From Eledone cirrhosa (taxonomy: Eukaryota), in the NCBI GenBank assembly GCA_964016885.1, contig OZ024742.1, positions 351,912,001-351,976,000 on the forward strand: a stretch of 64,000 nucleotides of DNA, given 5' to 3'. The position numbers and the translations under genes were made by a program. Shown in pieces: positions 14,371 through 28,761 of the stretch (within the stretch, counting starts at the first letter, position 1; each line of letters begins with the position of its first letter). The notes below the pieces were generated by a model. That model was not told the DNA's origin. It saw only the letters and a list, made by a program, of their open reading frames with translations, and made no database searches.

Positions 14371-14892
14371 AGGAAAAAAGATGTAATCGGAAATGCAACT
14401 GGAGTCTTATTTAAAAAAAAATATATATATTTATTTGATTCCATTACCGGTTCCGCAGTTCTCCTGCTTTTCAGAATTAGACTTGAGATGGAGGGTCTGT
14501 GGTTTTTCTCACATCTGTGGATTTTCTCATATATATATATAAAAGTTTGTGTGTCTAAGTTTATATCTAAATGTAATTATATGAAGAATATAACTGAATA
14601 TCTATTCTCTTCACGACATCGTACTAATTGTGCCGAATTTGACGATGAAACATAAATAAAATATACCATATATAAACGCGCGTGTGTATGTGTGTGCCTC
14701 TCTGTGATCATGTATGCGTATATTTGGGTGACTATTTATGTGTGTGAACGTAAGCCCACACACGCTACTCTGTATTTAGCTGTCAGTATATGTGTGTGTG
14801 TGTAGGGGGGTGCGAGTGGGAGTGTGAGCTGTCAAACAGCAGTAAATTTGCCGACGGGGCAGTGGGTGAGTGACAGCTCACGCCCTTACGGT
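13670..14892 (+). repeat. Diverged direct duplication (13670-13956 vs 14677-14892)
   Basis: Shared GTGAACGTAAGC..GTGGGAGTGTGAGCTG.CAAACAGCAGTAA.TTTGCC.ACGGGGCAGTGGGTGA.TGACAGCTCACGCCCT.ACGGT. Confidence 0.8.
14103..14190 (+). ncRNA. Hammerhead motif, U4C core variant with a long loop II
   Basis: GTGT-CCGAGGA-A-CCTGCGAG...CTCGCCGG-G-GAAA-CAATTG-TA-ACAC, then AATAAA at 14193. Confidence 0.65.
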
Positions 14893-15805
14893 ATCACAAA
14901 TCCTGCTAGAAACAATAGCCCAATCTGAAGTAAATTACATCATTTAACAGAAAATAACTACACATTGGTTCACATTCCTTAGGATAATAAGTCTTAAAAA
15001 CAACAACAAAAGGAGATTTTGGATTTGTATGTTATTAATTATAGGTCAGCACGCCCTGGCTGATACCGGAATAATCTCTAACAAAATGCAGACTTCACAA
15101 CGTCAAATAAAAATAAAATATAATTATCGTTGAAGAAAACAACGTCAGTGAACACTCGTGCGCGCCAAAAAAAAATTCCAAATAAACAATCAGTAAGAAA
15201 AATATGAAAAGCAAACCAAAAATATTCAACTGCACCAAGTCGATCTGTATATATTATCAAAGCCATAGCAGCATTTTAAATGCGATTACACTACAAAACA
15301 CATGTAACAGCTACATAATTTAAAAATAATAAAGGCGATAATATTGCTTTTTGCTGAACTCCTTATAGTAGAGTTTTTTCGGAATGTTTCTGACTGTTGT
15401 TTCATGTAAACAAACATTCGTCTCATTTTGACGTCACCAGCCCTGTTTAGCATGTGCGTTTTATTTTCATAATCACGCATGATGTTGAACTAGCCTGCTT
15501 TTAAATTCCCTTGTTGTCATATTATAATCAGTGAGATTTTGGCTATCGTGTTGAGCTCTGTTGAGGATCGAATTCCAAACGTGACCATCCCCACTGAAAG
15601 TTTTCGTGAAATAGTATTTTCAAGACAATACAGAGCATTTGTAGTTTTTCCAAATTGAAGGATGATTATTTAAAAACTTTATTTTATCATGAGTTAAGGC
15701 TCGATTGATTTTTTCCTGGATTTCACTAAATTCTGTTGAATGAATCTATATCCTGAATCCTTTTGAATTGATTTTGAATTATTTTCCCACATCTTACGTT
15801 AACTA

Positions 15806-15938
15806 TTAGTAGAGTGGGAAATAGGAAAAAGTAAGACCCCGACGGCAGTGCTCAAGCCGTTTAGACGCCAATTTCTGGACTGTCCAGAAATAGCCGTCGA
15901 AACGGCTTGAGCTCTGCCGTCGGGGTCATACTTTTTCC

Positions 15939-15940
<2 letters not shown>
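15806..15940. mobile_element. Family A fold-back element
   Basis: Arms centred on TTTCTGGACTGTCCAGAAA; right arm GCCGTC-GAAA-CGGC..GCCG-TC-GGGG. Confidence 0.8.
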
Positions 15941-15970
<30 letters not shown>

Positions 15971-15978
15971 TATGTGTA

Positions 15979-16060
<82 letters not shown>

Positions 16061-16110
16061 ACTATATATGTATATATATAAATATATATGTGTGTGTGTG
16101 TATATATGTA

Positions 16111-16179
<69 letters not shown>

Positions 16180-16216
16180 TACACGCACATACATATTTAC
16201 ATATATATATATATAT

Positions 16217-16405
16217 AACGAAGGAAATGTGGTAAGGAACCAGATGGACCATACCGCACCCAAGTACTCGATACTTTGGGTAGTAGAGTGGGTAATAGGA
16301 ACAAGTATGACCCCGTCGGCAGAGCTCAAGCCATTTCGACGGCTAATTCTGGACTGAATTAGCCGTCGAAACGGCTTGAGCTCTGCCGTCGGGGTCATAC
16401 TTGTT

Positions 16406-16410
<5 letters not shown>
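16217..16410. mobile_element. Family A fold-back element with its full tail on the left
   Basis: Centre GACGGCTAATTC-TGGACT-GAATTAGCCGTC; flanked by (TA)n. Confidence 0.85.
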
Positions 16411-16461
<51 letters not shown>

Positions 16462-16527
16462 TAAACAGGAATGTATATATATATATATACACACAGGCAT
16501 ACACACACACTCACACACGCACACACA

Positions 16528-16561
<34 letters not shown>

Positions 16562-16616
16562 CTCTTTCGCTCTCTCTCTCGCTCTCACTCTCTCTCACAC
16601 ACGCACATTTACATAT

Positions 16617-16760
16617 ATAATTGTTTCTACTTTGGGCACAAGGCCAGCATTTATATACAGTGTATTACTGGTGCTTTATTTTATCGAGCCCGTAAGGATG
16701 AACGGCAAAGTTAAGCTCGGGTGGATTTGAACTCAGACCGGATTTCAACTCCCGTCGAAA
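16617..16760 (-). mobile_element. SINE family 1
   Basis: Reverse complement of the family core and 3' end. Confidence 0.8.
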
Positions 16761-19146
16761 GGGTTAAACCATAATAGATTGAACAGACACTAGACTAGTA
16801 ACATATGTATACATGATTTGTACAGCACAAAATAAAGAAAAAAATACACTGTCTAGAAATTAACTACAGAAACATCTGGAGAATACTTGTATAATTCTGA
16901 CGAAGAATTTGGGTAAACAAAAATATTAAAATTCACAGAAAATAAAATGTTTGATCGGATCCCACTCAGAATTTACAGTCTCACACAGCAGTGAATCGAA
17001 GCAAAGAAAATTTATCTGAAATTATCGAAATTAACAGAACAGGACTACCGACACACAGAAACGACAGTGAGTATTAAAAAAACAGTACAATTTATTTAGG
17101 TTTTCTTTATTAATTGAAGGAAGCCAATAATTTCATATAAATACCGACTTTAATTATTAGTGCTTCATGTCTTAGCTCGTCTTACTTTCCTGGCAATTAC
17201 ATTAGGTTCACTAAGACATATCCTCTCCATATCTAAGCGAAATCAAGATGGATATAGAAATTATTTCTGAAAATTAATATTAAAAAACTAATTATATACG
17301 AGGGGAACGACTATTGCAATGGACATGGTATTGTCACTAGTTCTACTTAAATGGTCTGTTAATATGATTGGGAGATTGTAATCACTATCCTGTAGAGAGA
17401 TCATATATAACGTAAACATATAATGTAATAGATATGGGGCATATATAAAACAATAATTCTACAAGCGGAGCCTATATGTACAACTAGGAGTTTATCATCT
17501 ATAATAAGTGTTCTGCGAAGAGAAGTTCAATTGGGATGATTGTTATTCCTTATGTCTTGTTCTTACTCAAAACAGTTACACATAAAATAGCAGTTATTTG
17601 AATTGTTCCAGAAAGCAGAATCATGATATTCTTGCATTTTATTTTGACTTGAAATCCTAGAAGTGAATTACCTAGCATTACGTCAATGTGGATTCGATAC
17701 AATGTCCTACATTGCAATTAAAGATTTAATTTATTCGATAATATTCTTGCCATAAGATTTTCTCACAAATATTATATGTCCAGATAGCTAATATATAAAC
17801 CAAACATAACACCCCTTTATCCTATCATAAAGGTCTCTAGAAAATCGATATATTACAACTGTGGACGAAATAATTTCCGATATATATTTTGCGGCTTTAA
17901 TCATTAAAATACATGCGTATCAATTTTGGTATGACGATAGTGTTTCAGTGATAGAGAAATTATATAACTATGACGTATTTCTGTCACATAATTCGGCTAT
18001 CAACTCCGAGCAATATGTTATCTAAATTAGATAATTAGATACTTATCTTACTTATGAAAATGATATCCTGCCACACAAAACTTGCTCGCCGATATCTATA
18101 ACACTATCTGAATAACTACACCTGCCTATATTACATCAACAGAGAAGTAAAAAACTATCGGGAATTCATGTATGATGTGCTATTAGTAAATTGAATCTCT
18201 TTTGATACGCTTTCAATATTCCTTTCAATTGCAGCAGTAATGCTTTGGTGACATATACCAACACCACATATTCGATTTTTCAATTAGCAATTTTGGTTTT
18301 GGCGTTGGTTCCAAGGGAGTTCGATTTCAATGATTGCATCCTTCTTCACTACATCACTATTCCAATTTCAAGTTGCTATTTTCATTGGTTTAATATATTA
18401 ATGATATGAACGCACGTTGTAATATATACAATGTTGCGCATACTTTATATAATAACCGAGGGCTAATGTGAAGCTTGCCTGCTCAAGATACAGCTCCTGT
18501 AGATCTAACAAGGGGGTTGATGATTGAAAAGTGGATATTTTTAATATTTCTCCCTATACAAAAGTAATTATGTGTTAGATAGCTCTACTCTTTCAATGAG
18601 AGAAATCTTAATCCCTTTAATTTATCAGAATTTCTGGCTGGAATTAAACAGCGATGTACCAGATAACTTGAAATTCTAACAAAGGATGGAAAGTATATAA
18701 ATATTCATTTTTTAGCTACTTTATGAGATATAGTAAGTATTAATCTGGGCCAATATAATTCTTGAAAAGTTCTTGTCGATATTTAATACTGATGCCACTA
18801 AATCTGGTTTGTTATATAAGGCTTTATATCAAAGTCTGCCTTGAGAAATATTCGTGTACTAGAGACAAATTCTATTAACAATTCTCATAAATGTGGATAA
18901 GACACATCCTGTTTTTTGGTTGAATATCAGTAAAATTCAATTTTTAACACATATAGATAAAGAAATATACTGAAGGTGAACTCCCACAGGAAAGATACAA
19001 TTGCAATTTCAACTTCAGTACAAAACTTACTTATTTTGTGAAGTAAAATGTGACGTAGCTGTCTTTATCATCTTCACACAATTTAAACGTGATACCATCG
19101 TACAGACAGACACACGCACACATACACACACACACACACATACACA

Positions 19147-19187
<41 letters not shown>

Positions 19188-19761
19188 TATGGCTGTATGC
19201 CGCTGTGTGTGGATATAGTTTATTTGTGTGTGTAATGTATCATTATAGCGATTTTGATATTTAATTCTTAATTATGAATAGATATTTTCATATTCTTACT
19301 TGATAAAAATATTTCACTTCGGATTAAGTGGAATTATTTTTAGTCTGTCTATCTTTATTTACCATACTTCTTTTCTTTTCATTGTACATCTCCATATTCT
19401 TTGCCATTCGCATTTTTTAAAAACCTTTCGTAAAATTAAGATGGAGTTTATTTTAAGAAGATTATGTGTCATATTTCGACAAAGAGCAGAGGAATGAGAG
19501 AATAAGAGAAACAATAAACTTAATATTATGATTTACGTCTATCATATACTTAAATGGATTGGATATTTAACAGCAGTATGCCTAGGCACGAATGAGAAAC
19601 GATAACATATGTTGTACAAATGGCATTCAACGACGATAAATGAGGCAGGAAACAAAAGGAATAACTACTATTCATAATAAAATATCTTACTATTTTAGGG
19701 AAACGACTACACTTACACACACACATCCACATTTATTTATGCAATGTCCATAGAGGTATGC

Positions 19762-19810
<49 letters not shown>

Positions 19811-19814
<4 letters not shown>

Positions 19815-19955
19815 GGTTTGTTTTGGTTCAACACTGAATAGAACTGGTCATTCCATATTGCCAACCTTGATGTAATATTAGGGACGTAATGCATCTCACC
19901 CGTATTCGTTTGTGTTGTTGCCGGTCGAGTACGGAGTTAATTATTATAAAATAAC
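19811..19955 (-). mobile_element. Family D 3' tail remnant
   Basis: Reverse complement aligns with 56920-57072 (ATAATTAACTCCGTACTCG..ACGGGTGAG.TGCATTAC..CCAGTTCTAT.CAGTG). Confidence 0.7.
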
Positions 19956-19991
19956 ATCAACCTTCATGTAATATTGTTGTCATTTTAAAAT

Positions 19992-20350
<359 letters not shown>

Positions 20351-20379
20351 CACGCATACCTCTACCAACATTGCTTGTC

Positions 20380-20645
20380 GAAGTAGGTTATGTAGAGTTA
20401 AATGTGTTGGACTTACGATCATAATGGCGTGCTTTTGATTACTGTGCTCGGTTGTGAGTTGTGTTCTTGAGCAAAACACTTCATTTCACGTTGCTCCAGT
20501 ATACTCAGATGAAAATGAATAGCAGTAATAGGTGGAGGTTTAACCTGCGATGGACTGGCGTCCTGTTCAGGGAGGGGTGTTGTACTGTCAGTTGCTTCCT
20601 GCTATGAAACTAGGATAAACACAGGTCAAACGAACCTTCTGGATT
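20380..20645 (+). mobile_element. SINE related to family 2, with a V-domain-like segment
   Basis: TGTGTTCTTGAGCAAAACACTTCATTTCACGTTGCTCC and CCTGCGATGGACTGGCGTCCTGTTCAGGG. Confidence 0.6.
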
Positions 20646-22232
20646 ACAGATTTTAAAGACAAGACTACAGAAAGTTGCAGCACAAGGGAAAGGGCTCATG
20701 TGCTTTCGGCCCATGACATTGATGCTTTTAAGTTGAAGTGTTAATGGTGACTTTATGAAGGCGTCAGCTTCTTGCTATGTTGCTGTATATATCTACCATG
20801 TAGATAATTCATGCGTAGACGCCAGCCATTATATATATATACAGCATGACAATTTATATTTTAAATACTTTGTTACACACAGTTTGAAAACATTTTCACG
20901 GGATGTCGATTAGTAACAAATAAATCATGTGTACCCTACTATGAAATAATTAATGATATTTATTCCTGGTTATTTGCTTTTCTGAGTATTCATTCAATTA
21001 AGTACATGTAAGCATTGAACATTCGCGGAGTATACTCTCGAGGAAATCATCGAGCTAGAAACACGAGCATAACATAGAATTCAAACATATTCAGACATTT
21101 AAAAGTAATTAGATAGTAAAGTTAGGATATAGAGTTTCAATGAGAATTGACAGAGATAGAAAACCTAACGTCACCAGCACTGGTAATGTCTTTTCTTAGG
21201 GCATCGAACTGATCCATTCCTGAAATGTGGTGGAGTGGCTGTATCAGTCGAGCTTCAGCCAATAGGCTTTGCTGTGTAGAGGTACGTATCTTAACAATCG
21301 TATTTCAAATCCCTTCGAGGTGAACATAACATTTGAACCAAATAGGATCGATAAAGTAAAGCACCAGTAAGATGACCGAACTTTGTCACAAAACGTGGCT
21401 ATACTTTTCTTCGTGATAATGTTAGTCCGATATAGCATGGAGAAAGGAAATACACTGAGAAATGTTAAAATCAAACCAGTGCCGCCCGCTAAGTAATCTC
21501 CTGACATCTAATCTACAGATATTCATATATGAAACACAATTCTAGGTATATTAAGCATATCTCCTTTGAATACACAGCAGTCCAAGAAGAAGGCTTTAAA
21601 TAATTCATGAATTCTAGGACTACCGAAGTTTATAGGAAGAGCTTTAATGACTATGATATAGAACAGTTGAGGTTTATTCAACTTTACATAATTTAATAAG
21701 AAAAACGTATTACTAAAGCTTTATGTTCAGCATCAAATTTCTCCCTCAGCATAAGCGGTAAAATGTTATGATACAACACAACAATCACCATTTCTCAAAA
21801 GCATTGTGAAGTTATAAATAGTAACATATTTTCAGATGTTTGTGATTTGTCAAAGATCGATTAAGCTATTTAATTCCATGACTATTAACACCCAGTTTAT
21901 AAAAGAAGCTTTTTCAGTTATCTACATTTCAATATATATCGCAATTGTTGTCGTATTTATTGTTTGACCCCACTAAGAACGAGTAGAAACGTTATCATAC
22001 ATCCTATGACTTACGTTACTTTATTCTGTTTTCTTCTACCGAACTATATAAGTTAAAGTTCAATTCATAGTCTAGCATGTTGTATTCTGTCGAGTGTTAT
22101 TATAAGAGTCCTCACACAATTTTGTCTAAGTCCGGTTAGCATGCATCAAATAATTTTAAACAATCATGGCAGCTTGAACCAAGGTATTCACTATATCAGA
22201 GATCTTTGATATTTTCCAAGACATATTGTAAA

Positions 22233-22420
22233 ATAATTGTTTCTACTTTAGGCACCAGGCCAGCAATTACCCAGTGCATTACTGGTACTTTATTTTATCG
22301 AACCCGTAAGGATGAAAGGCAAAGTCAACCTCGGCGGGATTTGAACTCAGATCGTAAAGGGACGTAACTATGTTGGAAAGCATGGCGTCCGACCCTCTAC
22401 CGATACTGCCAATTCACCGC
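22233..22420 (-). mobile_element. SINE family 1, near full length
   Basis: Reverse complement of head, B-box, core and tail. Confidence 0.9.
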
Positions 22421-24189
22421 ACAATAATGTAGTCACTTCAGGACAAGCAAGTAATGAGAAATTATCACTTTACACTGCTTATGGAAGCATAATCAGTTCT
22501 TGGCATCTCTTTAATTCTACCGAGTCAATGTATGGAACAATTCAATTGATATTTCTGTTGTTGAAACGTTAAAAAAAATCACGCCCATATTTATATAGAT
22601 CTGAGATACTCATTCAACAAAAAAATATATGTTGTACACTTTCATGCGCAATTTTGTGGGTATAAATATATCTTTGCTTTCTAGCATTGTACTAACCTAT
22701 AAATTAAGCATCCGTGAGCTACGCTATACATTTTAGTTGTTTAAAATTTTGAGACGTCTTTTATACGAACATATCAACTTGTGAGTAACGTTGCAGATTT
22801 GGTAATACACTGTCATATTATACAAGGATATAAAGCGCAGTAATAAAAAATGCTATATGTGTAGAAAGGAGTAAGAGCAAAGATTTGCAAGCCATGAAAT
22901 AATGATCAGAAAAAAAATGTGTAAGGTTTTTCAGATGCTACAAACTCGTTATATATTATAGTATTTATTCATGAGATATTCCCAAAGAAACATGAGAAAC
23001 GACATCCACAAAGAAATCATGGATGGTAGAACTATTTAATTCCATCATAAATACTGGGATTTTGTAAAGACACCTTTTTGTATCTGGATATATTCGTCAT
23101 ATATATGATACATATTTTACGGAGTGAACAGTTTGTTTGTGAAATAAGATACGAAGACATCACTAAATATAAAAGTCATCAAATTGTGAGATATGTATGA
23201 TAGTGTCCATAAAGTATATACATTTTGTATTTTAATATCAAAGTCTTTTCTGGGTATATGTACTCAAAAGGTTTTTACAATACTGTTGTCGAAATGACCA
23301 GATTAATTGTACGACTGATGTGATTTATTGTTAATAAACCTATCATGCGTGTGATAAGTTGAAATGAAAATTCATATTTCGTATTTGAATATTATTGAAC
23401 CCAAAATTAATGTGTACAGGAAACCTATAATTTGTAAAGTTTCTGGGTTAGGTTCCTTACAATTATATCCTTCACACTGAATGAAATGGCATTTTAATGG
23501 CACTAAAGCCTTAGATAAATCTCAGAGCTTCCTATATATAATTCCTCAAAACATGTAATCTTGCTGACACAAAAAAAAGGATGTTTGCTATATAAGCGTA
23601 TCGCTTAAGATATATTTTTATATCATAGTTATGTATTCCTGTCCGGTATGTCAACTTGCCCGCCAAACTGATTTTCCAAACGCAATTAATCTATTATTTT
23701 TTTAATTTTTGTATTTTGTCTTCAAAACATATTCAATATTTACTTTGATATTGCAGCTTTGTTTCTAATCATTAATCATGTCATACAAACACTTTAAATA
23801 TTCTACTTCGTATATTTAAATCTACACACTGCATGCATTATATTTCCGCCAAATAAAATTATGAAGATATAATTTAGATTTTCAAAGGAGAGAAATCAGG
23901 ATGTAGAAGACGGAGCATCACTAGAGCAATAACCAAATTAATATTTATACTATAAGAAGAAAGGCGACTATGGGAGAAAATTAGGAAGACAGTTAAGTAG
24001 AAAATAAATTGAACGCACAACTGTGTTAACAACTGAAACATGTGGCATCATAATAAGAGACTCATGAGTAAAGTATGGCGGTAATGTAAGAGAGACATTT
24101 TTGAAAGCGATAATAAAGTAGTTGCATAGATACATAGTTACATTCTACACACATACGTATATGAATAAATCAATTCATACATACATACA

Positions 24190-25342
24190 TGGTGGTGGCT
24201 GCCAACTTGTTTTCGAGTATGGTCACTACTTTATATCCATGTAGGAGAACCCCTACCGATGTGCTGAACGAGTGTGACTTTTTAGTCCAGCCAACGACTT
24301 GAAAACTCTGGTACAAACACTACACTTGTGACAATCATTGACACATAGTGCTGGGCCCATGGTACCATGTGACGACAAGTGCAGAGTGATCTCCAGATGT
24401 GAAGCAATGCCTGTGCCGTAAAGCTTTTATAGGGAGCGAAGGCACTGCACAAAGCCAGTCCCACTCTCTTAACCAATATGATATGTTTACCAAAAAGAAG
24501 AACAAGTCAACATCATTTGATACCGTCAGGGTTGCAGGTATTATATCAGAGTTTTCCTTCTCCTAGAATTCTTCCTTGACAAAGGCTAAGGGGTCATACA
24601 TACATACATAGATACATATATACATACATATATACACACATACACACATGATGGCTGAAAACTCATGCTAAGTGTATTGAAATCGCTTGTCAGATTCAGA
24701 TGTGTGACGCTCGGATATGGGTTTTCAAGCCTGCCAGAGACTTGCACTGATTCGTAATTTGCCGGCACATATGAATATCCCTGGCCTCAGGTATGCATCA
24801 GGCTGCCTGTGGACCTTCACAATACCGAGGAGATCATACTTTACTGGATCTCTTTCAACGTGGCTCTGACTGTGGCTGGCTCCGTAGACTAGATTTACAT
24901 TTTTCAACACCCAGGGCACTTCAATTCAATGGAGACACCGATCGTTTCGAGAGATTCACCAAGGCATTGCCTACGCAGATTCCATTTGATCTTCTCGTGC
25001 TCTATGCGTCTGTCCTCAAAATTCTCGTCCCCATCATTCACCATTCCACGCCAAGTTTCTATTTCAAGTGATTAAAGCTCCCAGTCAGCCATCATTAAAC
25101 GATTTTTTTTCAACGAGACCTTTACACAATCCTTGAATTGGGGTCTTGGCTTGTGAAGTATTCTCTTACCCTCACGAAGCTCACCATACACGACTTGTTT
25201 TGGGATTCCATCATCCTCCATTGTGCAGGGGTGTCCGGTACATTTCAAACGTCGTTGGTGGATGATCCTCTCAATGCTCCGACACTCACTTCTCTCAAGG
25301 ACCTCAACATCATTCACATGCATCTGCCACTTGATACCGAGC
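24190..25342 (-). mobile_element. RTE/BovB-like LINE 3' fragment
   Basis: RRLKCTGHPCTMEDDGIPKQVVYGELREGKR..PRPQFKDCVKVSLK at 25072-25340; extent of the 3' UTR is uncertain. Confidence 0.75.
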
Positions 25343-25394
25343 ATACACATATACATATATACATATATACATATATACATACATAGATACGTGA

Positions 25395-25615
25395 ATGCGT
25401 GTGGCTGAGGGTTTAGGGAATTGGATTCACAATCTTGAGGTTGTAAGTTCGATTCATTCCTGTACCGGGCGATGTGTTATGTCCTTGAGCAAGACATTTT
25501 AATTCACTTTGCTTCTTCTACCTGGAGTTGCGACCGATAGATAGTACGAGCAACGGAAAGACCGACGGAAACGTTGTTTCCTGGGTCCAATTTGACGAAC
25601 GTCGATTGATCCTAT
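25395..25615 (+). mobile_element. SINE family 2
   Basis: Colinear with 2693-2910. Confidence 0.75.
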
Positions 25616-25979
25616 ACATGGATACATACGTATATAAATACATAGTGATCAAGATAGAGAAATGCACTTATCGCAAAAGACAAGTCGCGGTAATATGTTA
25701 ATCTTTATGCCATATGTTGCCCTCTAATGTTTCAAGATTCACGAAACAGCAGGCTGTAAATACAGTGAACATACTATAGTTGGCAGAGGTGACTTAACTT
25801 AGCCTGCTAAATTACTTTAGGTCGAGTACTCTTGACTAATTTGACAAGATGCCAGGCAAACAATAGAAAATGGAAAAAAAAATAGATAGGTATCAAATAT
25901 AAATAAAAATAAGTTAAAATATATTCCCTGCTATATTGTCATTTATATTGTTTGTTTATTTCTTTTTGCTGTTTGTATT

Positions 25980-26025
25980 GATTATATATACATAAACACA
26001 TCGACATACACACACACACACACAC

Positions 26026-26115
<90 letters not shown>

Positions 26116-26190
26116 GTATGTATGTAAAAATATATATGTATGTATGTATAAATATATATGTATGTATGTATAAATATATATATGTATATG

Positions 26191-26232
<42 letters not shown>

Positions 26233-26285
26233 CATATATATATATATGTATGTAAAAATATATATATATATATATGTATGTATAA

Positions 26286-26319
<34 letters not shown>

Positions 26320-26408
26320 GTATGTATGTATAAATATATATGTATGTATGTATGTATAAATATATATATATATATGTATGTATAAATATATATATATATA
26401 TGTATATG

Positions 26409-26494
<86 letters not shown>

Positions 26495-26505
26495 CACATA
26501 CATAT
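25980..26505. repeat. Long compound (TA)n/(TATG)n microsatellite
   Basis: Direct inspection; similar tracts at 15940-16215, 34420-34680, 35930-36545, 43130-43527 and 52205-52490, plus dozens of shorter ones. Confidence 0.95.
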
Positions 26506-26656
26506 GTCGGCATTTTGGCTGAGATCAAATTGTAAATTTCTCCTCTTTATTATTTTAATACCTAATACGTCGGCCCAATCGGACTACTTATATTTCTGGG
26601 TCTGATCCTTCTTTGCCACACTTGCGTTTTTATTGTATTATTGCTTTGTATGCACA

Positions 26657-26856
26657 GTGGCGGTGGATTGGCAGTATCGGTAGAGGGTCTGAGGCCATGC
26701 TTTGCAGTAAAGAGTTACAGACCTTTATGGTCTGAGTTCAAATCCTGCCGAGGTAAAATGTGTCTTTCATCCTTACGGGGTCGATAAAATAAAGTACCAG
26801 TAATACACTGGGATATTTGCTGGCCTTGTGCCAAACGTAGAAACAATTATTATTAT
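26657..26856 (+). mobile_element. SINE family 1, full length
   Basis: GGCGGTGGATTGGCAGTATCGGTAGAG head through (ATT)n tail. Confidence 0.9.
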
Positions 26857-27854
26857 TATTTTCTCCATAACTTTCAATTATTTGGCTTGATGTATTTAGT
26901 TAATTAGCCGTTCTTTTACCTGTTTTTTAAACTATTCAAATTATATTTCTTCATAGCCTTCTGTATCAATCAGATTGTTACAGCATCGCAATAAAACCTA
27001 CTTTACTATGCTTTTGTATTTTTTCAATTTCGTTTTGAATTCTACTAAAATTAAATGTGCATTTTTTTCTTACGGTTGATAAAATAATATAAAAAATAGC
27101 CCAGTTTTCTTCACTGTAATACACCTACCACATTAGAAAGTGATAACATTTTAATTGTAGTTTTTGTTGTTAAGAATGTTGTGTAGAAATAACCGATAGA
27201 AGAACGAAAAAATGCAATCATGAGTTTTTAGAACACCGGAAAACGATTTGCGTTGTTTGCTCCAGCTCAATGTCCTATATTTTCAAAGGTTAACTTTACC
27301 TGCTTTCAGGACCTACAAAAATAGTAGCAATGCAATGATTATGATGATGAGAGCAAGTGTAGGTGTGAGACGAGACATAAGGGGAATATGTTTATAGTCT
27401 GTCTACATGTTAAGGAAAGACATATGTGGCTTCATATATATAAATAAATAGGTAGGTAAATAATATATATATAATGGCAGCGAAGTCAAGATAATCGATA
27501 TGAAGGATGGACTTTTAAAACAACTTTGAAACTGAGAAACTGACAGCAAAGTAACACGCAAACATTTCGTTACCAGAAGAATGAAGGTAACGTCATATTG
27601 TTCAGTTATATTGCAGCACATACAGAGAATCATACTCACGTATTGACACACGTGAGCTAACGTAGAATATCGCATCTGTACAACAACATACAAAACACCC
27701 ACTCGCACAGTTATATATAAGCGATCACAGATATATCTTTAAGCACACACACACACGTACACACAGACACACACACACACTAATACACACACACACTAAT
27801 ACACACACACACAAAAACATGCATACTCACAAACACACACATATGCATATATAA

Positions 27855-27960
27855 AAGAAAGCGTCGAGGCCCGACGGTCGTTCCCATGCCGTTTCAACAG
27901 CTATCTGAAGAACCTAGAAATAACTGTCGAATGAAGGGCTAACTAGTTTTTTACTGGTTT
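27855..27960 (-). mobile_element. Family A-related fold-back remnant
   Basis: Minus strand reads CTGTT-GAAA-CGGC..ACCG-TC-GGGC, with an imperfect ACAGCTAT..ATAACTGT hairpin. Confidence 0.45.
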
Positions 27961-27980
27961 AATCCTGATATATATATATA

Positions 27981-28130
27981 AGTTTATCGCGTGTTCAATC
28001 GGGGGTAACTCCACTAAGTAAGGTACTCAATACAAAGCAGAGTGTAAATATTTAATATAGGAACATTTTCTACAGGACTAGAACTGTTTCATTCGGGAGA
28101 AATCATCGGGAAGCTTCCTGATGGTTTGTA
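27981..28130 (-). mobile_element. Family B element with an HHR at 28067-28113 (minus strand)
   Basis: Minus strand CTTC-CCGATGA-T-TTC-TCCC-GAA-T-GAAA-CAG-TTCTAGTC-CTG-TA-GAA; short fold-back centred on GGAAGCTTCC. Confidence 0.8.
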
Positions 28131-28651
28131 TATTAAATATATATATATATGATACTACGTTGAGTTCAAAATATGAAATAGTCCATAAATGAAGGATTAA
28201 CAATCTTCTTTGTGTGACCGACTGTACAAGGAAATGTCTTGGTGAAACCAACAAAATATATCGTGTTGCTATTGATACGATTAAAAAGAATGATGTATTA
28301 GATTACACAAACACACTTAGCTATAGTCAGAAATAGATATGAGTATTATGATAATATGATAAACAGACATAGTTGTATAGAGATGTATTGGCATACCAAC
28401 AAATAGATAAATAAAATAACATATTTATCTATCCAAAGCACAGCTCAATCGTTGCTTCTACATTACCTTAGATCTCCTGCTACAGCTACAGAAGACAATA
28501 GAGATTCCTAGACACACATAAACTCACACGCGCACACATATACATAGATACACACGTACATACATACATACATACATACATACATACATACATACATACA
28601 TACATACATACATACATACATACATACATAATGCATACATATATGTATGTA

Positions 28652-28717
28652 CGAGCTGAACATCCGCTAAGGTGAAACAATTGTTCTCGGTATGGTGAAC
28701 TAACTGTTGTGTTACGA

Positions 28718-28719
<2 letters not shown>
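28652..28719 (+). mobile_element. Family C element with a minimal HHR
   Basis: CGAG-CTGAACA-T-CC-GCTAA-GG-T-GAAA-CAATTG-TT-CTCG; 4 bp stem I, G8 mutated. Confidence 0.7.

Positions 28720-28756
<37 letters not shown>

Positions 28757-28761
<5 letters not shown>

Noticed and set aside
16897-16950. CTGACGA-A-GAATTT...AAATTC-ACA-GAAA hammerhead-like string
   Set aside because: Three extra bases before GAAA and no convincing stems I or III
17180-17560. Possible very old PLE RT remnant (IAMD- and DDC-like words); similar hints at 55100-55400
   Set aside because: Too degraded to call without a translated search
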